NCBI GenBank assembly: GCA_001642005.1
Contig: LWCA01000270.1
Span: forward strand, 1 to 35,293
Direction of reading: 5' to 3'
Origin: Intoshia linei
Taxonomy: Eukaryota > Animalia > Orthonectida
DNA length: 35,293 bases
Both the position numbers and the translations under genes were made by a program. Below, one piece after another: positions 23,661 to 35,101 of this stretch. Each line of letters begins with the position of its first letter. The stretch's first letter is position 1. The notes beneath the pieces were generated by a model that worked only from the letters and a program-made list of their open reading frames with translations, was not told where the DNA came from and ran no database searches.

Positions 23661-25033
23661 CAGTGTTTCTCAACCTTATTATTATTTTTTTTTATTTTGA
23701 ATTTTTTTTAACCTTTCCCCAGATTAAAAAAATTAATTTGTGTTAAATTAATCCCATATTTTCATAATCCTATAAATTCGTAATATTCAAAAATTTATTT
23801 AAATATTTATTTTTTTTACCCCTTTCACTGTATGTGTATTTTATACTATACACCAGGCATTCTCAACCCTTTTTCGCTGTGGACCCCCTAATATGATATT
23901 ACAAAAAACTTGTGGACCCCAAAAAAATTAATAATAATGACAATTTTTAATGAATCATTACATATGGTTGAAACAAATGATGGTCAAAAGACATGGAGTA
24001 CTCTATTTTTGCGAGATGATAAAATTGATGAACTATTAATATTTACCTTTAACCCGTCAATGTTCCCAAAATGAAACATGTTTTTCAGGTATTGTTTACA
24101 GTACATTATTAATTGTTTACCACATATTTTATCAGATCAATAAAAAGTCTATATTATCTATCTTCCCTATAAAAAAGTAATATTTTATATCCCTTGGTTG
24201 ATGTTTCATAGAATCATGAATATTGACTGATTTTTTGTCCCATTTTCAGTTTAAAATTTAAAGCTTTTTTTTATGACTAGAAACTTGGCTCTATCATAAA
24301 TTTTAATTTAATAATTAAATAAAACCGCTGCTCTTAAAATAAAACAATGAAGGTTTCCCAATAATTTTTATACTTGTAAGTAATTTAATTTAATACCAAA
24401 GAATTTACTTTTACAATATTTGCACGTTTTATATTAATATTTCTAAGCCTTTATGTTTAAAAAAAGACTTTATGTTACTGAAAATGTCTATAATATGTAA
24501 TAAATGTATATAATTTTCATAGACCCCCAAAAAAGTGCTGTGGACCCCGTTGAGAATGGCTGTTCTATACTATACACAGCATAATTTTGAAAAACTTTAT
24601 TCTTTTATTTTCATACATTTTAAAATAGGTAATTTAAAAATTATATAAGTTAAATTCGAGACAGTAAGAGGGTTAAATACCATTTCAAACTTTGAAATTC
24701 AAAGTCTTAAATTCATAAAAAAATTCACTTGTTTATCGATATTTTTTTGAAAGAATCCGATTTTATCAAATCTTAGACATAAAGATCACTTACTCCATTT
24801 GAGTAACTCCAACCCCAAAGAAAAAATTCAATTTTACCAACCCTTAAGGAAAAACTCCCCTTTTTCCAATAATTTTTGAAAAACAAAGATTTTACCAAAT
24901 CTTCTAACAAAAACCTCTCAATTTAATCCCAAATTAAAATCCAATTTTTCAAAATTTTTTTGAAACACCCACTTAATCCATACACCCACAGACCATACAT
25001 AGAATTTTCTGACCGCTCGATTGATAAACACTG
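23661..25033. mobile_element. Charlie-like MITE containing a nested MITE (23854-24562) and a repeat tract
   Basis: Outer TIR cagtgtttctcaa / ttgataaacactg, followed by gtctagat. Inner TIR caggcattctcaac / gttgagaatggctg, with gtggacccc subterminal motifs and duplicated tatactatacac flanks. Confidence 0.72.
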
Positions 25034-25160
25034 GTCTAGATAAAATTGTTACAATTCAGATATTAATCTCATCGTGGCCACACGTTGGGTAGCCAAAATA
25101 AGTGATGCTTATCAACTAGTATGAATGAAACTATATTTAAATTAAACTTTGAAAGATTGC

Positions 25161-28100
25161 ATGTTTTTTATTTTAATATTATTTCATATTGGTAATTTGG
25201 CACAATTAAATGGTAAAAATGTATCTAGAATTTCATTGTTTAAATTATTTGAAATACAAAAATTATGGAATCGTGGCATAAACGGAGGAAATGTATCCAT
25301 AGCAATACTGGATAGTGGTTTATCGGAATTTTACAGTAAAAGGGTTGTAAACATTACAAACTATTCCAATGCACATTCGTCAAATGATACTATTGGCCAT
25401 GGAACACATGTAGCTGGTATTTTAATTAGTGATTATGAAGACTGTCGTGGTATAATTGATAATCATAATATACACATTTTAAAGATTCTAAATAACAATC
25501 AAGATTCTGAAACGAGCTGGTTTATAGAATCGTTTAATTACGTTTTAGAAAATGATGTAAAAATTGTAAATTTAAGCATTGGAGGTAGAAACTATTTGGA
25601 TAAAATATTTGTTTCAAAAATAACGGAAATGATCAAAAGAGGTGTAATTATAGTTTGTGCTGTAGGAAACGAAGGTCCAACCTTTGGAACAATAAACAAC
25701 CCTGCAGATTTGATATATACGATTGGAGTTGGATCAACTAACTACGATGGAAAAATTTCTCCCTTTTCATCGAGAGGTATGACATTGGGTGAATTGAGTG
25801 ACGGTGGTTATGGTCGAGTTAAACCAGATGTAGTGACATTTGGGGAATGTATTTTCTCGTTGGTTATTAAAAATGGGAAATATCAATGCACATCCAAAAA
25901 TGGTACTAGTTTTACTGCACCAGTCATAACATCAATTATTTCCTTAGCTATCAGTGCTTATAGTAAGAACTCTATTAATTATCTGAGCCAATATTGTAAT
26001 TTCAATAATATAGTTTCACCAGAATTATTCAATAAATTGAAATGTGTCAATTTTATATTTAATGCGGCTTTTGCAAAGCAATTATTAATCAGTTCAGCTA
26101 AAAAACTGGACAATTACAGCATGTTCGAACAGGGCGCGGGGCTGGTTGTGCCTAATCAAGTTATTGATGCTTTACTAACCATGGAACCACACATTTCTGC
26201 ATTTCCAAATATTATTGATTGGTTAGGATGTCCATATTACTGGCCATTTTGTTCCCAACCTTTGTATTATAGTTCACAAACCGTTATTGTTAACATAACT
26301 ATCATTAATTCAATTTCCATAAAATCAAAAATTTATAACTATGATGTGAAAAATGTACAAAACGGTCAATATCTAGATGTAAAAGTCAAACATTCTTCAG
26401 AAATTTATCCTTATTTTGGATATTTATCAATGGAAATTCAAATAAATCAAAATATTACGTCAGTTCTCATTGAAACTGAAGTAGTGGTTTGTATTGAGGG
26501 TATATACGTCAGCTCTTCTGATTATTCGACTGATACCAATTATCGAAGAAATATAACAATTTCATTAAAAATACAAACAGTTGAAACTCCACCTCGTTCT
26601 AAAAGAATTTTAATTGATCAATATCATCAAATATCTTATCCAAATTATAATATACCTTCCGATCATTTCGATTTTAGTAGTAATGACAACAGTGATATTT
26701 TTGATAGGTTTTTATTTACAGAAATTTATAAATTAAAAATACTTACATTTTTTTAGTTTTTGTGATCACATCCACACCAACTTTAAAGGCTTTTACGGCT
26801 ATTTAAGGGGAAATGGATATTACGTGGAAAGTTTTTATCAAAAAAAAATCAATTTTAATCCACAATTGTACTCTGTTTTAATATTAATAGACGTAGAACG
26901 AGAGTTTAGTAAAATTGAAATGAACAAATTGTACGGATTTGTTAATGAAAATGGACTGTCTATATTTTTATTTTCTGAATGGTACAATAATGATATTTTA
27001 AAACGTCTCAAATTTACTGAGGATTATGGGTTTTTACTTTTAAACTAAAATATAGTTATATATATTTTATATAGAAAAAGTAAAAAATTTGATTTACCCG
27101 GTAGTAACCTGGTTTCATACAACAATTTATTGGCAAGATGGGGTATTATGTTGGATGATGTAGTCATTTCAGGAAATTTTTCGTATAACGGTGAAATTGG
27201 TAAACATTTTTTAAAAATAGATAAAATTATACAATTTAGTTCATATTAACAGTGGCGGGTCCATACTAATGTACCCACAATATTCTTACATTATAACATC
27301 ACGCATGATTAATACAGGTTAATTTAAATTTAAAATTGTTTAAAGTCGAAATGAAATGTTTTCATTACTATATTAATTATGTTAGGTCGACAATATTTAA
27401 TGAACGAGCCAAATAAAAAAGTTTCCAATTTAAATGGGTTTCTTGGTGTAGATTCCGATATTCTGGTGATATATTCTCCACGTTCTAATAGTAAATATTC
27501 AAAATCTGGGAAAATTATTGTTTTTACCGATTCATCGTGCTTAGATGATTCTTGTAATACAAATGGTTAGTATCATCAAAAAATTAAATATTTCTTTCTT
27601 AGCATGCTTCTCCTTTATATACTCTATTTTGAAGTATATCGATACAAATTTAATGAATATTGAACTTTCTAAATTGATCAAGTACAGCCTGGAAGGTTCA
27701 CTATTTAGGTTGAACAATGAAACCCTTTTACAGAAAGGACATTTGATTGATACAGGTATATTTACATTTATACGAGCATAATGCGATTCGCGCGTAGCCT
27801 GAGGCTCCGATGTGTTAATTTTTTTGTCCCACCAGTTCAGAACCAGGAATTGGAATTAATTGATTTCAACAAATTTAATTGCAATTAGTTGGTAAAAATT
27901 ATTTTCCAATTAATTGCAATTATTTTATATAAATAAATTAATTGAAAAATGAATATTTAGCAAACAATTAATTGGTTTATACACATAATTGATTGCAATC
28001 AATTATTTTCAATCCCTGTTCAGAACCACTGGTCTAAATAATTTCATTTAGATGCGAATCAAAGTTTAAAGTAGTAAACTTAAACTATATCCAAATAATG

Positions 28101-29246
28101 TAGATCAACCATTATCAACGGGTCCATGTTTTTTGGGGTCCATGAAAAATTTTATAGTTAAATTATTTACAAAAATAAGATAAAGAGAAAAATGATATTT
28201 CCGCAATGATAGTAATTATTTCTAACGCCAATTAATTTAATATCTATTTTCCATTAAGACTAAATTTAAGTAAATATATTAAATACTCAATGTAAAATAA
28301 AAATTGTTATGTACTTCTTACAAACAGCAGCTAGCTTTGCCAATGTGGATTTTTTAATTTTAATACAGATTTTTCATTTTACTAAAGTCAAGAGTGTATA
28401 ATCTTAAAAACAATCACATTATAGTTACAAACCTAAAAAATCGTCATAAAAAACATGATTCCCAGAAGAAATGAAATTTTGAATACCTGTAGTATAGAGT
28501 TTTTTCAATCATGCATTTTGTATGAAGGAGTGATTCCCAAACTTATTTCGCCATGGACTAATTGTTAAAAAGTGCAATTTTTACGGATTTATGATAATGA
28601 TTATGATTTTCAAAAATATCCCAGAATTTATGTTTTATAAAATTATACAACTTTTTTATTTTTAAAAAAAAATGGTAATTTAGTTTTGACTATGAATACG
28701 TAAATTTCTGAAACTGAAATTTATGATAATGTACATGAATTTCAAATGCGTTTCAGAATATATGTTTTCTTGAAAATTTAGAGCTAATTTTATTTTTAAA
28801 ATAATACAATTGTGTTTTTGACGCTGAAGAACTTAATTTCGGAAAATGAAATTTACGATTTTGCATCACCCTGGAAAAACTGTATTAGCAAGTGGGTTTT
28901 TAAATAAACGGTAACACATACATTACATGTTATATAAACAAATGATTTATGTATATACTTTTTTTGGGTCCACAGGGATTTTGGTTTTTTAAATGTCATT
29001 GTAGAGTCCACACAGAAAATGGGTTGAAAATGCCTGATGTAGATAATCTTATAGTTTAATTTAGATTGCATTTACCATTTCGGCGATATTTATCATTCTT
29101 TGAACCGTTTACCCGATAAATGTGCAGAGAAATATTTACCAACAAAAACTTTTCTTGTAAACAAATATTTGGCTATACCTTTCTTTATTGTTCTTATATT
29201 AATTTTCAATAAATTGTACCGGAAAAGGTGGAAAATATTTGGGTAA
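25161..29246 (+). CDS. MBTPS1: Membrane-bound transcription factor site-1 protease (S1P/SKI-1, subtilase S8); exons 25161-26707, 26757-27029, 27075-27199, 27240-27317, 27386-27565, 27603-27755, 29065-29246
   Basis: Intact triad ILDSG, GHGTHVAG, GTSFTAP and oxyanion GNEG. S1P-specific motifs FSSRGMT..EL..GYGRVKPD, MFEQGAG, CPYYWPFCSQPLY, TPPRSKRIL.DQYH, DHIHTNF, DSSCLDDS. The last exon encodes a TM segment YLAIPFFIVLILIF and a basic tail NKLYRKRWK. Confidence 0.93.
27844..28018. mobile_element. 175-bp hAT-type MITE
   Basis: TIR caggaattggaattaattgatt vs cagggattgaaaataattgatt (reverse complement of the right end). Perfect 8-bp TSD ttcagaac (27836-27843, 28019-28026). Confidence 0.85.
28106..29036 (-). 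mobile_element. hAT MITE, same family as 23854-24562 in the opposite orientation
   Basis: TIR caaccattatcaac / gttgaaaatgcctg, gggtcca subterminal motifs and a perfect TSD atgtagat (28098-28105, 29037-29044). Confidence 0.85.
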
Positions 29247-29344
29247 TTTTTTGTTAATATAAAACAGTCTAACCCAGTGGTTCTCAAAGTGTTCGACATG
29301 AAAAATATTAAATTAAAATTATGGTAACCTTTTAATTTTTGTAA

Positions 29345-29835
29345 CTGATTGATATGTACTACGTACAAACACCATCTAGCTCCGATTAGAGCGGACATTT
29401 TTATTCTACCAAAAAAATAGATTCAATAAGAAAATCTAACTTAAGAATGTTTCTATTCACTAAATTCATAAATATAAATAAACATCAATCATTTAGAGAA
29501 GTGGTTCCCAAAGTTGTTTTATCACGGCAGGCATTTTGTACTTAAAGTTAATTATTTTCAATTAATTTTATTTTAACATTTGTGTAAAGAATTTTGTTAT
29601 CCCATTTTTTAATTTATTAGACAAAATGTGTGCATAATCTTAAAAATAAAGTAAAAACGGTACAATTTTATCAATTGTCATAAATAGCACAAATTCCAGA
29701 AAAAATAAAATAAAAACCTATTTTGTTATTTTCAATGTGATAATATTCAGTACAATGTATCTGCTTTCGATGAGTAAAAAATATCAATTTTGTATCAATA
29801 ATTAACTGAATCACCATTTTAAAAACATATTTCAG
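29345..29835 (-). mobile_element. Inverted 3' half of the Helitron-like family
   Basis: Reverse complement of ~31035-31520 (tttgtacgtagtacata, tttgggaaccact, ctggaatttgtgctatttatgacaatt). Confidence 0.7.
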
Positions 29836-29938
29836 ATGAATTTTACCAACATTATAATAAAATTCACTTTTTTAAGGTTACAATTATGTTGTATATTGTA
29901 TAATTTTGTATTTTAAATTAACAATATCCAATTTATAA

Positions 29939-30190
29939 TAAAGGGTGTTTCATTAAGACGGACCGATAAAAACAGTAAATAAAACAATGTTAATGGATAA
30001 ATTTTATTGATTTTTTTATGGAATTATGTTATTTGGCACATGGCAATTATGTGTGAAAAATAATATTGCCCAAATGTTCGCCAAAGCTTCGGCGGCACAC
30101 CTCCACTCGATGGTCAAAATTTTTTATGACATCTCTGCATAATTGCTCCTCGATCTCACCAATATACCTTATTATCTCATCCTTCAGCTT
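29939..30190 (-). pseudogene. Tc1/mariner transposase 3' relic with its TIR
   Basis: The minus strand at 30190-30047 encodes KLKDEIIRYIGEIEEQLCRDVIKNFDHRVEVCRRSFGEHLGNIIFHT*, a mariner-type C-terminal C....G.H motif. The terminus ta|aagggtgttt lies at ~29939. Confidence 0.78.
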
Positions 30191-30225
30191 AAATTTATAT
30201 TTAAATTAAATGGAACAAATTACTA

Positions 30226-31665
30226 TCCTAACTTATATAAAATGTGACGCGATTTTTGTTTGTCTGTGTGTGTGTTACTTTTTTGAAATAACTACCCATC
30301 TTAGAATTTTTGTAAAGACCATATTTCAAACGCAGTTGATTTCCGGGATGTTAGAAAAATAAATTTCAACCTCCCAAACTCACATCTTACGGGTCAAAAA
30401 GCCCAATTCTTCTTTTTTTTGAAAATCAAACGAGTTCGAGAATTCAAAAAAATTATATCTTCAGGGCCAAAACCCCAAATTCCCCTTCCTTTTTGTTTGA
30501 AAACAGCCTTAGAATTCCAAAAAATTTCAATCCTAATAAGTGACGACTTCACGGTCAAAAAAGCATTTTAGTATTCATATATTTTTTTTCCGAAATATTT
30601 TATTAAAAATAAAATTTGAAATAATTAACGGTCCGAAAATTTAAAAAAAGATTTATTCTGATAGAGCTTATTCTAGTTGATATAAATACAAAATTTCAAC
30701 CCCAGAAATCGACACAATTCCGGTGAAAAATAATTTTTAATATATTATCAACCAATATTTTTCAGAAATTACAAATGTAAATATTGAATCCTACAATTTC
30801 AAAAAAAATGTGCATTGTACGTCTACACATTTCCAGTCAAGACATATGGGTGAAAATCTATATAATTCATTCCTTCGGAATTTTTTTTATTGCTACGCAA
30901 TTTTTAAATTTCAAATTTTTATTTTCAAAATATTTTGTTTCAAATGAAACTATAACCACGAAACTAAAAGTAATACAACTTTGTTATTATCATTTTTATA
31001 TTTAATGTAATCTTTTGCAATATTGGTAAAATTCACCTGAAATATGTTTATAAAGTGAAGATTCCGTTAAGTATTGATACATAATTGATATTTTTAAGTA
31101 TTTATTCAATTTGCACTGAATATATATCATCACATTGAAAATGACAAAATAGGTTTTTATAATTTTATTTACTGGAATTTATGCTATTTATGACAATTTT
31201 TAGGATTGGACTGTTTTTACTTTTACTTTTAATATTATACACACATTTTGTATAATAAATTAAAAAAATGGGATAATAATTGTTTTTAAAATTCTTTACG
31301 CAAATGTTAACAAAACAAAAATTAAGAGGGAATAATTCACTTTAAAGTAAAAAGTAATGTGATATGACGGTTCCGCCTGAAACAAATTTGGGAACCACTC
31401 CTTTAAAGGATTGATAATAGTTAATAGTAGGATTTTTAAGTTAGATTTTCAACGTGAATTTATTTTTTAAGTATAATAAAAATGTGCTCTCGGCAGAGCT
31501 AGGTCCTGTTTGTACGTAGTATGTAAATTTATTTTTTGGTAGTATAAAAATGTTCCCTCGGTAGAACTAGGCTACGGGGATTGATAATAGTGAATAGTAG
31601 AATTTTTAAGTTAGATTTTCAACGTGAATTTTTTGATATAATACAAGAGTGCCCTCGCCAGTAAT
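30226..31665 (+). mobile_element. Longest copy of the non-autonomous Helitron-like element, with triplicated 3' end
   Basis: Begins a|TC (tcctaacttatataaaatg...ttgtttgtctgtgtgtgtgttac), a typical Helitron 5' end followed by a short microsatellite. No TIR or TSD. The 3' hairpin ctcggcagagctagg occurs at ~31488, with variants at ~31556 and ~31652. Confidence 0.72.
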
Positions 31666-32303
31666 ACTAAGCTAATGCGGAAGCTAATACTTCCAATGAA
31701 TGTCAAATTTGCTATATCCCACATTTTAATATTTAAAATTTTTCGATTTAAGGAGGAAATTCTTTTTTGGTATCTAAATCTTAGCTTATTAACGTGTTCA
31801 GGATTAAAGCTATATTTTTAAACAATTATGTGGTCCACATAAATTTTTTGTTTTGACGAGTGGTCAACGGTGGAAAAAGTTTGAGACCACTGGTCTAACC
31901 TGTCAACCTTTCAAAGAAAAGCTATGCTTTTTTTAATTCAGGGACTAGGTTTTTTTCATTTTTCCAAAAAATTGGTAATTTCCGTCTTTTGCCAACTGTC
32001 TCATTATTATCAGTTTATAATTTTTTTTAAATTATTAATAATTAATTTTTCGATGGGTGTACTTAAATTTTGATGGTTTATAACCACTTTATTATAATTA
32101 TTTAACATATAAATCAAATGGTTTTATTTATTAGATTCATACGAAGAGAAATATACTGATATTATGGCTGTTTTAATTAATAATTAAATATTTAACAACC
32201 AAAGAGTACGTTTTAAAAGTTAGAAACGAAAAAAGAAACTTTACAAGATAAGATTTTGTATTTTAATTAAAATATTACATGTATTATTTTGGTATAATTT
32301 GAA

Positions 32304-33239
32304 TCATTTCCGGTAATGGTTGACATTGTCAAGGCAAGAATCATTTCTTTGTAAATGTTGTCGTGAACTTTTTATTCTTTGTTCAACATTCAATTTATCA
32401 ACTGATTTAAGCAAACAATTTCGTGAAAATTTAGATTGCATATAAACGCCAGTATCAAAATCATCATCTTTAAAATGGTTTTTTAAACGTTCTTCCTCTC
32501 TAGCTAGTTCAATTTTGTGCTCCTTGTAATTATGTTCACGTTCTTTTTGTCGTACAACAGCGTTGTTTTTCATTTCCAAAAGTTTTGACTCACGGTCACT
32601 ATTGGTTTTTCTTTGTTGGTACGATGAACTAGTATAATCATTACGTCTGTCATGATGCCTATCACTCCTTTTATGATTATCTCTATCAATTTCATTCTTT
32701 TTATGGTTATCTATAAAAATTTCACCATTTTTATGGTAATCGTCTGAATCTTCCGATAGAGCCATATTATTGACAAGTTTTTTAATGTCAACTTTTTTTT
32801 TACATTTTGTAATATAGGATTTGAGTAAATCGTCAACATTTGACACACTAACTTCTTCCTTTTCCTGTTTTAATTTTTTGGATTTTGATTTTTTTTTTAA
32901 CATTTTTTTAATTTGTTTTAGTTTTATTGGGTTTTGCAATAATTTTTTCTTGGCTTCACGTTCTTGTTGTTTAATGGCAAATAGAGGATCTTCTCGCATT
33001 TTTGTGGATCGATCGTTCTCAATTGTTCGTCGTATAGCTTTTTGTGCCATGTCTACATTATTTTCATCGTAATCGTCTTCATTTTCCAATTTTTTATTCA
33101 TTTCGAAATTATCATCTATATTTTTACCGAAAAGGTAATCATCTGTATTTGGCTTTTTTTCCTTGTACAGCCAATTCATATCCGAAATGCCAGAGGCTCT
33201 TTCCTTAATTAATTGGCGTATTTTTTCTCTTTCGTCCAT
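32304..33239 (-). CDS. CWC25: Pre-mRNA-splicing factor CWC25, single-exon ORF of 311 aa
   Basis: MNWLY...DDYLFGKNID, TKMREDPLFAIKQQE...LLQNPIKLKQIK, RESKLLEMKNNA..R..ER and VEQRIKSSRQHLQR match CWC25 conserved blocks. Confidence 0.9.
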   Translation of the reverse strand: MDEREKIRQLIKERASGISDMNWLYKEKKPNTDDYLFGKNIDDNFEMNKKLENEDDYDENNVDMAQKAIRRTIENDRSTKMREDPLFAIKQQEREAKKKLLQNPIKLKQIKKMLKKKSKSKKLKQEKEEVSVSNVDDLLKSYITKCKKKVDIKKLVNNMALSEDSDDYHKNGEIFIDNHKKNEIDRDNHKRSDRHHDRRNDYTSSSYQQRKTNSDRESKLLEMKNNAVVRQKEREHNYKEHKIELAREEERLKNHFKDDDFDTGVYMQSKFSRNCLLKSVDKLNVEQRIKSSRQHLQRNDSCLDNVNHYRK

Positions 33240-34491
33240 TTTCGCAAATAAATTAATTATATAATAAAGTTAGTATAGTATATTTCATAGTTACATATTT
33301 TTGTAAACAATATTTTTTCCAAATGACACATGAAATGTAATTATTCTTTAGTAATTTTGGCTATTCCTGTGATAATTAATGTTTGTATTTATATTTAATC
33401 ATATTATAGCGAGTATGTTTCTATTTAAAACCAATTTTGGTGTATTCTTTACACTTTTTACCTAGTAGTTAGTTTTACCTTTTGTCTTTGACCACGCAAT
33501 CTATAATCTAGGATCAAAAATACACCACCTTAAGAACAATTATATGTAGAGAAACCAGTATTTAATTAGGAATTGTGCAGTGGCACAAGCAGGCCGTAGA
33601 GATCCAGCAGAAAACCCTATATATTTTTTTTAAATTGGGACGTTTACATTGTTTAATCGATCGTTTATTGCCTAAACATTGAAAATCGCATTGGTCGTCA
33701 TAATTTTAAGATACTCAAGAAATTTTCCAACAGTACCTATTAAATTAAAATAGTATGCCCCTCTTGGGCACCCCCTGGGCACGAGTGTTGCTTGTTTTAA
33801 AATTGTACTAATAATTTTATTTCAAATATTTTCGGCCAAGTTGAATCTCTATACGACACTATCTATGAGTAAATCAAGTTATCAAAATACATTTAATTCG
33901 GAAGTACATGATAATTCTTTAACAGATTTTTAAATTTCTGGACATGATTAAATGTGGAAATTCTATCGTTCAACAATTCTTTAGCTTTTCTCATTCAACT
34001 TTTCGGAGACTGCTGAAAATATAAGTTAAATATGAACTAATGTATAGGACCACCATAATTTTTAAGATGGGGCCTCAATGTCTAACCATATCCAGTTGAC
34101 TTTTCAAGGCCACGCCGATCCCATATTGTGAAAATTCTTTATAGATGGCATCAGAAAATATTTTCAATTAACACTATACATGCTGTATATTTTATATTCA
34201 GCAGTTGGAAAATATAGAAATGCTAACAAATTTCAAATGTTGGCACCGCATAGTTTTAATTAGTTACTAATCATTACAAATGATAGTCCAAATATATACA
34301 TAAACTTTTGACAATTTGGTGAAATAAAAAAACCAAAGAAATAAGAAAGCCTACTTAAATATTAATACATATAAATTATTATATGTATTCATTATAGAAT
34401 GTTTCATACATTTTTACCTTAGTTAATAAAATTAAACTTTAAACTGTTCAAAAATATTATGTCAACTAAGAAACAGGTAAAATGTGGAGAG

Positions 34492-35101
34492 CAGAAACGA
34501 ACTTACCGTACGAGACTTCTCAGAGGAAGGTGAAAGCGACTCGACGAAATGTTGTAAAATGGTGCTTCACTTTTTCAAATTGAATGTAAAAAATTAGATT
34601 TCTGTGCTAGTGCTTCTGCAATTATTCATTGATTGTTCACCAATTAATCGAATAATATGATAAAGTTATGCTCTTTTTATCAATTGTATTTTACAAGATT
34701 TTGATTAATGGAATTATTATATTTAAAATAAATTTATTATGGAAATACAATACAAGTTAAATTATTAAAATTTTTTCAAGCTTTAGACTTTAAATTCATT
34801 TCTTAATGTAAAAATAATTGTCACTGAACTAATAAGTAATTTTATTGGTTTCTATATTACATACCAAATTAGTTTAACAAAAATATCATGTGTCAAAAAA
34901 TGTCATAAAAAATAATAACTTAACAACAAATGAAGTAATACTGTACAAAATAAATTTCAGTTCGATTAATTGTTTGACGAACAAGCAAATGAACAATTAT
35001 TCATTGCGGAAGCACTAGATATGACTGTCATTATGCATCGTTTTCGAAGATGTTTTAGGGTCACCACTAGAGACTCTCTAGCATAGTAGGTTCGTTTCTG
35101 G
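34492..35101. repeat. Degenerate inverted duplication (34492-34652 vs 34961-35101)
   Basis: The shared blocks ttcgattaattg, gaacaa.caa.tgaa.aatt, ttgc.gaagcactag and gta.gttcgtttctg occur in the same order on opposite strands. Confidence 0.6.

Larger units (their letters stand above)
29275..31892. mobile_element. Charlie-like hAT element enclosing Helitron-like and mariner sequences
   Basis: TIR cagtggttctcaaa / tttgagaccactg and a perfect TSD gtctaacc (29267-29274, 31893-31900). Confidence 0.85.

Noticed and set aside
28853-29398. Minus-strand ORFs 28853-29071 and 29093-29398
   Set aside because: Antisense to the S1P last exon and running into MITE/Helitron DNA.
32821-33072. 83-aa plus-strand ORF
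   Set aside because: Antisense shadow of Lys-rich CWC25.
33850-34170. Coding-like minus-strand stretch considered as CWC25 upstream exons
   Set aside because: Stops interrupt the frames examined and there is no Cir_N motif; it may be a decayed TE ORF.
34500-34510. acttacc as a U1 snRNA 5' end
   Set aside because: No ACTTACCTG continuation, no U1 stem-loops and no properly placed Sm site; more simply the complement of GGTAAGT.
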